Below, piece by piece: positions 36,901 to 47,568 of a stretch of 64,000 bases of DNA. Each line of letters starts with the position of its first letter. The stretch's first letter is position 1. Made by a program: the position numbers and the translations under genes. Under the pieces are notes generated by a model. The model was not told the DNA's origin, made no database searches, and worked only from the letters and a program-made list of their open reading frames with translations. The stretch is from contig JBHGNT010000006.1 in assembly GCA_043228905.1 (NCBI GenBank), forward strand, positions 2,790,001 through 2,854,000, written 5' to 3'. The stretch is from Azolla caroliniana. Lineage: Eukaryota; Plantae; Polypodiophyta.

Positions 36901-37053
36901 TCAAAAGTTTCTAAATGGCTTAACCGGTTTGAGCTGGTTTGGCAAGGCTCAAGCCAAGCCAAACCAGGCTCAAACCTGAGCCAAGCCACTAAGCCGCTTT
37001 AAACAGGTTTAGCTTAACGGTTTAGGCTTGAGCCGAGCCGTTGCCGATTCCTA
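36901..37053. mobile_element. Right end of a hAT-like element, same family as 1983-2344
   Basis: GGCTTGAGCCGAGCCGTTGCCGATTCCTA versus GGCTTGAGCCGAGCCATTGTCGACTCCTA; it truncates the adjacent Copia 3' LTR. Confidence 0.7.
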
Positions 37054-38124
37054 TTAGGGAAGTTGAGTTTGATTCTCAACAAGCCCCCTTAGACGCAACT
37101 TTTGGTCGCGGAAAAGTTGGTTCGAACTGGTCTTCGGGTTGGCTTTGGATGGGCGGTTCACTCCTGTGTTAGCTCTGGTCTGTTCGACGTCATATTGGTC
37201 GGCTCCTTAACCATACTCCCCCTCAAGCTCGGTTGGTCAATGATCGAGAGACCGAGGTTCGTTGTGAGTTGTCGTAGCTTGTCAGCTCCCAGGGCCTTTG
37301 TGAAGATGTTGGCCGTCTGCAGGTTTATGATGATGTGTTGTAGGTCGACCTCTACGGCCAAGACACATTCTCAGATGAAATGATAGTGCACCTCAATGTG
37401 CTTCGTCCGAGTGTGGAAAACTGGGTTTTGAGCCAGATGAATGTTGTTCATGTTGTCGCAATACAAGAGAATTGGATCCTTGATGGGAACACCCATATCC
37501 GTCAATATTCATTTTAGCCAAACGACTTCACATGCGACAATTGCTGCGCCCTTGTATTCAGCCTCTGTGCTCGATAGTGTGACTGTCAGTTGCTTACTGC
37601 TCCATGATATGGCTCTACTGCCAAGGGAGAAGATGATTCCGGATGTTGATTGTATGTCGGCTTTGTAGCTGGCCCGATCGACATTAGTGTACCCTTTGAG
37701 TCGAATCGGTGTGGCTGATTTGTAGAGGATGCCGAAATCCATTGTCCCACTCACATAGCATAACACTCGCTTAACACAGTCCAAGTGAATGTTTTGTGGT
37801 GTTTGCATGAATTGGCTAAGGTGGCCGATTGGATAGTTGAGGTCAGGCCCAATAAAGGTGAGATAGATAAGGCTTTCGACTTGTCGAATATTGGTCTATA
37901 ATGGTCGTATTCATATTGTCCGTTGGACAAACCAAATTTAGGACAATTCTGTAAATATGTCAAAGGGAAGTTGCCCTAGCCCAGTTAGTATATAACGGGC
38001 TTTGTAACCTAGTTCAAAAGGTTGTTGTTGCTATTGTTAGAGAGTTGTTGCCTCCATTGTATTGTAACTATTCTGAATAAAAATGGTTACATTGTGTGCC
38101 TCTTCGTCTCTCTCTCTCTCTCTC

Positions 38125-39002
38125 TCTTAACTTGTAGAAACTTGGTAAGAAAATGTCCAAAAGCATTTTCTTACCAAGTTTCTACAAGTTAAGAAACAAA
38201 CGCCCTACACCCTCCTCCTCCTTGAGACGGGATCATGGCCATGGAAAGGGTTGTTGAATACATGCTTAAGGTTCAAAAAAGTCCCTCACATCGACTTCCT
38301 AGAATTGCGTGGGAAGCAAGCAAAAAGATCCAAAAGACGCATAAAAGCAAAATTTTGTGTTCCGGTTGGATGCAAGATATAGAAAAATGGTTTGGTAGAT
38401 GGGATGCGAGACACTTGCTTCATGATGCATCATTAGATTCCTCTGTAAATGAGGCATTTTTGCAATGCCAATGTATCATGACATGGGACAAATGTGGAGG
38501 CTCACGCTTCACACATTATACTACACATGTTGCACCTAACTACAAAACCATATTCTTCGCGGAACGGGGAAATCGTACACATCCATACATGTTAGAGCCC
38601 ATACCGTTATCTTCCATTCAACCATTGCTTCCATGCGACTTAGCTCACATGCATTGCGATGTGAAATAGGGCGTTGGGGTACAAGTGATGAGAGTGGTCG
38701 GCTATGTACACTTTGCCCTAAACAAGTTCGCGAGTCTGAGTATCACACTTTGATACAATGCTCTGCCTTTGATCATATTCGACCATGCTTTACACATCTC
38801 TTCGATCGAGCCCAATCTTTGCATGAATTCCTCTCACAACCACAATGTGCACTCTCGATTGCAACATTCATTGGTAAAGTTCTTGAACATCGAGAGTCAC
38901 TACTCACTTTCACACGTATCACGTGAAATGTAATATTTTTGGTCTCATAGGTCATATTTGATCTCCGAAGACGATAATATAATCTATGTATCTATCTATC
39001 TA

Positions 39003-39008
<6 letters not shown>
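38125..39008 (+). mobile_element. 5'-truncated RTEX-like LINE, copy B, with fold-back 5' end
   Basis: Matches the ORF2 C-terminus and 3'UTR; 16-bp deletion between GATC repeats; a frameshift; (ATCT)n tail; (TC)10 upstream. Confidence 0.95.
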
Positions 39009-39043
<35 letters not shown>

Positions 39044-39307
39044 CAAAGCTCTCTGTAAGTTCACTCCGGCCATCGTTTTCTACGTTCTATAGCTCGTTGG
39101 AAAGCTCTTTGAGAGAGCTTTCTAAAGAATGTTCATTTACTGAATTCCGTTACCGTAGCGAGAAGTTATGAGCATTTTCATCCGCAACCATCTTTGCCCC
39201 ACGATTCCTCAAACGGAAGGTAGATTTTGAAGCCCTAAATCGAGTGAAAGGTACATTCTCTCTCCTTCCCTCTCTGTCTCTCTTTTCCCATAGGGTTTGT
39301 CCCTACA

Positions 39308-40177
39308 ATGGAAAATACTCGTAAAACCGCCGCAAAGTTTGGGGGTATAATTGATAATGAGCCGAGATCACCAACAAATCTCGATTCTAATGCAATGGAC
39401 AAAATGCTTATGAGTCACTTGATTTCTCTTCAAGAAACCATAAACAAGCAAGGTGAAGAGATTAGGACGTTAATGAAAGAGAATACTAAGCTCCAAAGTG
39501 TTGTCATTGAGAATGAAAGTCTTAAACAAGTGGTTGCAAAACTTCAAGAAGAGATTCAAGAATGTAAAAGAGCTTCTTTTGAAACAAATGAGCGCCTTAA
39601 CAAGATTGAGTTAAAGGAAGCATTAAAAGAAGAAAAATTGGACACGATGAGGCGGGATGTAAGTGAGATGAAAAATGTATGTACAACGAAGTCATGGGCC
39701 GATGTATGTGGTGGGGATGTGCTATCAAACTCATCTAATATGCATGTGATGCATCAAAAGAAGAATATCGAAAACATAGATGTCCGAGAATTGAAAGAAC
39801 GTGAACGACGATCAAAGAACATTGTCATCCGTGGGATTAAAGAAGAGAGTATGGAAACACCCGCATCCCTTGGAAAGGCCATTGGTGAATTTTTTAGCAT
39901 GCATTATGGGATGTCAGATGTGAATGTATATGGGGCACACCGAGTTGGGAAACATGGTGTTACTCGCTCCGGAGAAAGGCCTATTGTATGCACAATGACA
40001 GATGATACAAAGCGGCGGATCATACTCGAAAATAGTTGGGTATACCTCAAAGGTACACAATGCTTTGTGAGTGAAGATCGTACTATCTCACAACAAAATG
40101 CTCGTCGTAAAGCATATGAAGAAAGATTGAAAAACAAGGTTAAGGATGTGCCTAAAGATGGAAATGTAGGCAAATAG
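39308..40177 (+). CDS. LINE ORF1 (289 aa)
   Basis: Six amino-acid differences from copy A, counted by eye. Confidence 0.88.
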   Translation: MENTRKTAAKFGGIIDNEPRSPTNLDSNAMDKMLMSHLISLQETINKQGEEIRTLMKENTKLQSVVIENESLKQVVAKLQEEIQECKRASFETNERLNKIELKEALKEEKLDTMRRDVSEMKNVCTTKSWADVCGGDVLSNSSNMHVMHQKKNIENIDVRELKERERRSKNIVIRGIKEESMETPASLGKAIGEFFSMHYGMSDVNVYGAHRVGKHGVTRSGERPIVCTMTDDTKRRIILENSWVYLKGTQCFVSEDRTISQQNARRKAYEERLKNKVKDVPKDGNVGK

Positions 40178-40183
40178 GGACAC

Positions 40184-43100
40184 GTGATCTATGAGACTAA
40201 CCCACGCCTTTTACGACTATGCTTTCGGAATTGCAATGGATACCCATGGAATGCGGGATTTGGCATAGAGGAGTTCACCGATGACTCGGATATCACACTT
40301 CTTGTTGAGACATGGGAGCATGATACTCAAAGGATTCAAGGTTTAGGAAACTATAATGTACACTCTTTGATATGGAAGAAAAATCCAAGACAAAGAAGAG
40401 GACAAGGAGGGGTGGCATGTTTGATTAAGAAGGAAATAGAGAAATATGTGTCAATCATAAAAAATGATGAAAATAAATGCTACATATGGCTCAAAATAGA
40501 AACACCTAATGATTTGCCCACTTTTGTAGTTGGATGTTACATCCCTCATCAAGATTCTAACTTTTATGCTTGTTTGGATAAAGATCAACCGTTTGCCAAT
40601 CTAGAAGATGATATTGCTTATTTCAAATCCAAAGGGGAAGTTATTGTCTTTGGTGACATGAATGCTCGTACAAGAAGTTTCCAACTTGATTCACAAGAAT
40701 CTTTCATGCCACATATCTCAAGGATGCAAGAGGATATGCAAATGTATAACCGCTCTTCTAGCGATGAAAAAGATCCGGACCAATTTGGGAAGTTACTCCT
40801 ACAAATGTGCAATAGTACCAGATTGCTTATTGCAAATGGTATTTCCTTATGGCCCAACACTAATGGTTTTACATGTAGAAAACACAATGGAAATAGTGTG
40901 ATTGACTATGTGCTACTTTCCAAATGTATTTTGGATCGTATACATAAATTCTCACTTGGTGAATGGACACCGGAATCCGATCATAGGCTTTTATGTATCG
41001 ATCTCAAATGTATGCATAGGTTTGATTGTGAGAAGGCTATTGAAGATAATAAACAACCGCACTTGAGCATGAACCTTAAGCGAGCACCCATGTATTCCAA
41101 GATGGTTGAGGATATGTTACAAATGACAAAGATACAACATGGTGCCACACTAGAATGCAAATGGGAAGCTTTCAAGAAAATCATTCTCTCATGTACAAAC
41201 AAATGTTTTTTGACCAATCGCACATCTTGGAAATGCACCAAGAAACTTAGGAAAAAATGGTTTGATAAAGAATGTCATGAAGCTCGAAAGTGCCTTATGG
41301 TTTTGGATGTAGTTAAGGATAAAGAGAATTACCAAAAGCATTTGCATGAGTATAAAAGGCTTATTCAAAGAAAGAGAAGAATATGGGAAGTTACTCAACA
41401 ACTTATCCAAACGCAAGAGAAAGCACATGCATGTGCTAAATTTTGGGGAAATCTAAAGGGAAAACGTGTTGAGAGTTATGGTGACTTAACTCTTCACGAC
41501 TTGTCTATGCATTGTAAGAATTTATATGAGTTATCTCTTGCCGGAAAGATGATGTGTTATGGTTCTCTTTCACATATGCCTCCCTTCTTTACAATTGAAG
41601 ATATATGCATAGGACTTCAGAAATTGGCCTCTCGAAAGGCAAGCGATCTTCAATGTATAAAGGCTGAAATGCTCAAATGGACGGGAAAGGAAGCACATAT
41701 ATGGATAAACGATATGTTTAATGATGCATTGCAACATGGTATGCCATACGATTGGACCACAAATTGGATCAAACCTTTACATAAAGGTGGAGATATAAAT
41801 AATGTAAACAACTATCGAACCATCATGGTTGGCTCATTAATAGCAAAACTATTTGGATGTATAATGGAATCAAAGATAAGTGTATGGGCTGAAAAAAGTG
41901 GTAAGAGAGCTTATGGACAAGCTGGCTTTCGGAAACACCATAGCACCATTGATCACCTTATCACCCTTCGAGTATTAACGGAGGAAAGTCGCCTTAGAGG
42001 TAAAGGTTTATATCATTGCTTTGTAGACTTCAAGAAAGCTTTTGATATGGTACCTCGTGAGCATCTTTGGAAGCGAATGGAAGAACTTGAGGTGCCAAGT
42101 GAATATATGCTTGCAATTTCCCGAATTTATGAGAAGGTTATATGTTGTGTGCGCATGAGAGATAAACTTTCAGATTTTTTCAAAAGCACTATTGGTGTTA
42201 AGCAAGGATGCCCACTCTCACCAACACTATTTGGTCTATGCATTGATGAATTGGAAGAAATGGTTACCAAGTTTGCAAAGGAAGAATGTGTTGAAGAAGT
42301 TGCCATTGGGAATGTTGTGATTATGCTTTTGCTATATGCAGATGACGTAGTGCTTTTTGCAAATACTTTAGGAGATGCACAAAAGCTTATGAAGGCATTG
42401 GAAAAATTTTGCATGCATACTAAATTAAGTGTCAATAGCTCTAAAACAAAGATTATGCTTGTGAAGAGCCAAAAAAGAGATAAACCATGCATTATGTACA
42501 ACAATGAGCCACTTGAATGTGTGGAAAGCTTCAAATATCTTGGCCTTGAAGTTCCTTCAAATCATAAATGGAATGAATGTGCTACACGCCGCTTAGAGGC
42601 GGGCAAGCGAGCATACTATGCATTTGAGAACACATGCAATCTTGGAGATATTAAGTGTTGGGTCCTCAAGAAATATCTTTTCGACACTTTGGTGACACCG
42701 GTTCTTCTCTATGGGGTGGAAGTATGGGGCGGTAGCATCCCTAAATCTATGTGGAAAGAGTTTGAAAATGTCCAAAAGCATTTTCTTACCAAGTTTCTAC
42801 AAGTTAAGAAACAAACGCCCTACGCCCTCCTCCTCCTTGAGACGGGATCGCTTCCCATTGAGATCATGGCCATGGAAAGGGTTGTTGAATACATGCTTAA
42901 GGTTCAAAAAAGTCCCTCACATCGACTTCCTAGAATTGCATGGGAAGCAAGCAAAAAGATCCAAAAGACGCATAAAAGCAAAATTTTGTGTTCCGGTTGG
43001 ATGCAAGATATAGAAAAATGGTTTGGTAGATGGGATGCGAGACACTTGCTTCATGATGCATCATTAGATTCCTCTGTAAATGAGGCATTTTTGCAACGCC

Positions 43101-43558
43101 AATGTATCATGACATGGGACAAATGTGGAGGCTCACGCTTCACACATTATACTACACATGTTGCACCTAACTACAAAACCATATTCTTCGCGGAACGGGG
43201 AAATCGTACACATCCATACATGTTAGAGCCCATACCGTTATCTGACATTCGAACCATTGCTTCCATGCGACTTAGCTCACATGCATTGCGATGTGAAATA
43301 GGGCGTTGGGGTACAAGTGATGAGAGTGGTCGGCTATGCGCACTTTGCCCTAAACAAGTTCGCGAGTCTGAGTATCACACTTTGATACAATGCTCTGCCT
43401 TTGATCATATTCGACCATGCTTTACACATCTCTTCGATCGAGCCCAATCTTTGCATGAATTCCTCTCACAACCACAATGTGCACTCTCGATTGCAACATT
43501 CATTGGTAAAGTTCTTGAACATCGAGAGTCACTACTCACTTTCACACATATCACGTGA
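40184..43558 (+). CDS. LINE ORF2 (1124 aa): APE, RT and CCHC
   Basis: Uninterrupted ORF with the same motifs as copy A; W-to-R change in the first APE motif (CFRNCNG). Confidence 0.94.
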   Translation: MIYETNPRLLRLCFRNCNGYPWNAGFGIEEFTDDSDITLLVETWEHDTQRIQGLGNYNVHSLIWKKNPRQRRGQGGVACLIKKEIEKYVSIIKNDENKCYIWLKIETPNDLPTFVVGCYIPHQDSNFYACLDKDQPFANLEDDIAYFKSKGEVIVFGDMNARTRSFQLDSQESFMPHISRMQEDMQMYNRSSSDEKDPDQFGKLLLQMCNSTRLLIANGISLWPNTNGFTCRKHNGNSVIDYVLLSKCILDRIHKFSLGEWTPESDHRLLCIDLKCMHRFDCEKAIEDNKQPHLSMNLKRAPMYSKMVEDMLQMTKIQHGATLECKWEAFKKIILSCTNKCFLTNRTSWKCTKKLRKKWFDKECHEARKCLMVLDVVKDKENYQKHLHEYKRLIQRKRRIWEVTQQLIQTQEKAHACAKFWGNLKGKRVESYGDLTLHDLSMHCKNLYELSLAGKMMCYGSLSHMPPFFTIEDICIGLQKLASRKASDLQCIKAEMLKWTGKEAHIWINDMFNDALQHGMPYDWTTNWIKPLHKGGDINNVNNYRTIMVGSLIAKLFGCIMESKISVWAEKSGKRAYGQAGFRKHHSTIDHLITLRVLTEESRLRGKGLYHCFVDFKKAFDMVPREHLWKRMEELEVPSEYMLAISRIYEKVICCVRMRDKLSDFFKSTIGVKQGCPLSPTLFGLCIDELEEMVTKFAKEECVEEVAIGNVVIMLLLYADDVVLFANTLGDAQKLMKALEKFCMHTKLSVNSSKTKIMLVKSQKRDKPCIMYNNEPLECVESFKYLGLEVPSNHKWNECATRRLEAGKRAYYAFENTCNLGDIKCWVLKKYLFDTLVTPVLLYGVEVWGGSIPKSMWKEFENVQKHFLTKFLQVKKQTPYALLLLETGSLPIEIMAMERVVEYMLKVQKSPSHRLPRIAWEASKKIQKTHKSKILCSGWMQDIEKWFGRWDARHLLHDASLDSSVNEAFLQRQCIMTWDKCGGSRFTHYTTHVAPNYKTIFFAERGNRTHPYMLEPIPLSDIRTIASMRLSSHALRCEIGRWGTSDESGRLCALCPKQVRESEYHTLIQCSAFDHIRPCFTHLFDRAQSLHEFLSQPQCALSIATFIGKVLEHRESLLTFTHIT

Positions 43559-43914
43559 AATGTAATATTTTTGGTCTCATAGGTCATATTTGACCTCCGA
43601 AGACGATAATATAATCTATCTATCTATCTATCTATCTATCTCTCTCTCTCTCTCTCCCCCCCCCTCTCTCTGTTCTTTGATCTTGCCTTCATCTTGTGCA
43701 CTCGATGATCTTCATCTCAAAATGTTGTTGATGTTTCCACAATAACGGTCTGAGTTCCCAACGTCTAGTAGCCGACCGTCATCAGTCTCCAACAACATTC
43801 TTGCGTCGTTTCCCTTGAAGAACCTGAATTCAAGATGAGTAATTTGAAATTGTGTTTTGTTCTGCTCTCTCTGTCTCTCCCGCATACTCTTTGTGTGTGA
43901 TTGAAGGTTCCATT

Positions 43915-46600
43915 AAACCTACACAATATTTCTGTTAGGGTACCTTTCGTTCGCAGTGCACGTCCTTCCACTTGAATTGTTAGATCTTCTCTTGCAAGAA
44001 CCAAGTATGTATCTCTTTTGTCCTACTCCAAGTGGCATTGTTTCCAAATCTATCATCCACTTGTAATGTACCCCCGGTGAGTATGTTGGGTGTAACTCAT
44101 CACAAAATTTTATATTTGAATAATATTGGCAAGTGGGACAAGTTTCCACATACTTCTTTATTTCCTCATAGTATCGAGGCCACCAAAACTGTTCTTTAAT
44201 CTTGTTGAAAGTGGCCACACTCCTCGATGACCAGCCCATTCTTTGTCATGCAACTCTCTCATTACCTCCTTTCTTTGCACTTCAGAACCTACTACTCTTT
44301 GTGGGTTTCCAGTCTTGGTTTTTAGATGTCGCCATAGATATCCTTCATGCAGGAAGAACTTATGGGCTTTCTTGCGAAACTGCACGAACTCTTTTCCAGA
44401 TCGACCTTTGTACTTGTTAGGGGTTTGTAGGTATTTCCCTATTTCCTTGAATTCTTCTTCATACTCCTCTTCTAGAAATTGCATTCCTCCTTCTCGGGTA
44501 ATGCTTGTGGCAAGGATTGTTTGTTCTTTGTCCTCATCGTCCTAGTCTGGAATCTCCTCTTCCTTATACCTTGCTCTTGATAACATATCTGCTATTGCAT
44601 TTCTATTCCCAGAGATATGTCTAACTTCAGGGTTGACTGATCTAATATAGATATACCATCTTAACATGGCTTGATCTGGAATATCACAATTAGCTATGAT
44701 ACCAAGAATAGACAAACAATCTGTTTCTATTATTACTTTGGCACCAATTAAGTAATCTCTGTCTGTCTTTACTGTTGTTACTACCCCCCATAACTCTCTT
44801 TTCACCTGTGCATATTTTCTTTGTCGACCACTAAGAACCTTTGCTCCGAATCAGACTGGATACCTTTCTTCCCCATCTTGTTGGCTTATCACCCATCCAA
44901 TTCCAATGGGACTAGAGTCTACTGTGAGATATATGGGCCGGGTGTAGTCAGGTTGCTTTAATGGTGGAGCCTGTGCCAAGTAGTACTTCAACTTCTTCAT
45001 TGCCTCCGAATGCTCTTCACTCCATTCAAATGTCTCTCCTTTTCTTAGGAGTCTATATAAAGGTTCAGATAAATGGGCATAATGCAGAATCCATTTACAG
45101 TAAAAAACACATACCCCCAGAAACCTTCGCACTTCTGAGATGGATGTACATTCCTCTTGCATATTTTGAACCTTATTGACCTTGGTTGGGGATGGCTTTC
45201 TCCCGTACGGGCCACACATATGACCAACTATTAATATCTCTTTTGCCCCAAATATTGACTTCGCCCCGGATAAGGTCAAATGCACTTCTTCCATCCTTGA
45301 TAGTACCTTGTACAATCCTTGATATGGTTAGCAACGAATTGACGGCAACCACTTTCGTCCAATTCCTCGTTCTTCTCTTCCTCCTTGCATCCCTTAATTG
45401 GAACATCATCCAAAAAAGGCATTGTAATATGAGGAATAAAATCACGAAGTACCTTGTTCATTCCATTCATTATAATATGCACCACTGAGTTGGTCGCTCC
45501 TTGCGACAAGGTACACATTCGTACTAACCCTATAGGTGTCTTGATAGAAGTTAGATCTTGACTTTTGATAGCAAGTTGAAATTGATCATACCCGGAATAA
45601 AGGTCTCCCATTGAATATATAGCTCTTCCTACAAACTCATCCACAATTGGCCCTACTCCCAAGTTTCGGATTGTTACCTTATTCACGGGTTGCATATCTT
45701 GGATAAATCGGACTTGCCCATCTTTCTTTAACACAGTGAACCATCGACTCGAGTAAGGAGCGTTCGATGGTTCCAAGATACCCATCCTTATCTTTTCCTT
45801 CAAAAGTTCTAATAGTTGAGGGATTCTAGCCCTAGGCATGGGTATTGGCTTAAAATTCCATGGAATATGAGGGATAGTGAATATAACCATGGGCTCCACA
45901 ATTTCTGGATCCACACACCCTATTTCCTCAGGTTGGAACGCGGACGCCTTTCCATGCCTTTTTAACATCTCCCTAAATTGCTTTTCTTCAGCAAGTAATA
46001 GGAAGTCACCCCCTCCTATTTTCATCCCTTGTATTGTTTCCGGAGTAAACACATGTCCCACCTTTCGTGGGTCTCTGATCATTGGCTCTATAGCTACTTC
46101 TTTGATTGCCTTTTCACTATCCCCTGGAAGTGGAGCAGCAATAGGACAAACCTTCTTCTCCACTATCTTGTACTTTGTTAGTACATGTGCTTCATGATCC
46201 ATTCGAGCAACTTCTTCAATGACCTCGTACATCTTGATTGAATGGACAGGAACTTGGATTTCGTTGTCTTCTTCCATTGCTTCCAAATGAGTTATTGTAT
46301 CTTCAAAACTTAATTCTTCAAACATATACTGAATTTCTTCATCATCATCTATTAATCCAGAACACTTAAAGTACTCGAAAGCATTTTGTATTTTATTATT
46401 ATTTACTTTTAGTATAAAAGTAGCACCATTAGCTGAGATTGTACAAGAAATATCTTTATTTACATTATTATTCATGGGTTTTTCTTTTATGTTCGGGCTA
46501 TCACAACCCCTACCTGTAAAAGCCCTATCTAAAAATCCTGGGAAAACTCTTCATCCATCTCTTGAATTGGATGTTCCCTCAAGCACTGGGGAAAAGGTCT
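43915..46600 (-). mobile_element. Gypsy pol fragment (RT, RNase H, integrase zinc region), frameshifted
   Basis: IPHIPW..PIP, EPSNAPYSSRWFTVLKK, DLYSGYDQ, QGATNSV, FLDDVPIKG; LTVDSSPIGIG, NAIADMLSR; H..GHRG...WWP...CPTCQ. Confidence 0.9.
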
Positions 46601-46917
46601 CTTGGTAATCAACCCCGTGAGTCTACGCATACCCTTTTGCCACAAGCCCGACTTTATACCGATTAATGGTGCCGTCAGCATTGTGCTTCACCTTGAATAT
46701 CCATCGGCATCTGATTGCCTTTTGATGGGGTGAAGAGGAGATGAGATTCCATGTCTCGTTTTTGGAGAGTGCTTGCATCTCCTCATTCATCGCTTCGACC
46801 ATCACGGGTCCTTCGTGGCTTCGGAAAAAGTTTCCGGCTCTTGGACTGTTGCCACCTTCATCATGAATGCATAATGATATGTCATGTAGTCATTGTAACC
46901 GAATCGACTGACTACGC

Positions 46918-47568
46918 TGTCGTGAAGAAAACCAACTAGAAGCGGGATCGGCGAGGCAAGGCGCGTGAACTGGCCTGGCCCTACACTCTTCCCGCCGGTT
47001 AATACCTTGTACATAGCTAGGAGTAGGACGGTGGGTGCAAAGAGACTAGGTGTGACACATTGAATGTCTAGGAAATCAAGGAGTATCTCTGCCCGAAAGG
47101 ACAGAGAATAAATTGATGAAAACGAGGGTGCGATGGCCAGCCTCGACGGCCTATAAAAGGGAAGGAAGAGGGAAGATGAAGATATCGTGTTTTGGGGAGC
47201 GAGGACAAAGTGTTGTCGGTCTAGGACTGAGCTCTCTCCTCCATCGTTCGTCATGCTCTGCAGGATTTTGGACTGAGTTGCCTTTGCTTCGTGGACAACC
47301 CGTGTGCTTCCGATAGAGGCTCCACAGTGCAGTCGGGGCTGTGTGCGTGCGTGAGCATCGTGTGTGTGTGTATTTGCCTGAGTTGGGTCCGTTGCCGGCT
47401 TGCCGGTTGTAATCAATATTGATTTGTAATTAAGACTCTGTTCTCTCTCTCTTTCTCCCATTGTGTTTCTGCAAGCTACTCTCTCTCGCTCTTCTTTCTC
47501 ACGCTCCTTGGTTCAAGGCCCCCGCGGTCCCGCCTTTTTCTGCACGCAAAGAGCGTAACAACTCGACA
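46918..47568 (+). mobile_element. Solo LTR (651 bp) inserted in the Copia INT-RT linker
   Basis: TGTCGTG...CTCGACA termini; TATA CCTATAAAAGGG; flanks ACGC and ACAT; removing it with a 4-bp TSD restores RRSTREKNVVSRFGYNDY. Confidence 0.85.

Larger units (their letters stand above)
39039..43641 (+). mobile_element. Full-length RTEX/CR1-like LINE, copy C
   Basis: (TC)~16 upstream; same structure as copy A; (ATCT)n tail followed by (TC)n. Confidence 0.95.
37882..43762 (+). mobile_element. Copia LTR (family of 35993-36294) carrying two LINE copies in its TC tract
   Basis: Starts TGTCGAATATTGGTCTATAATGG; resumes after 43656 and ends CCCAAC, followed by leader sequence homologous to 35890-35970. 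Confidence 0.8.

Noticed and set aside
36187-37002. ORFs rich in ER/SL dipeptides (also 7085-7573 and 51749-52057)
   Set aside because: Translations of microsatellites.
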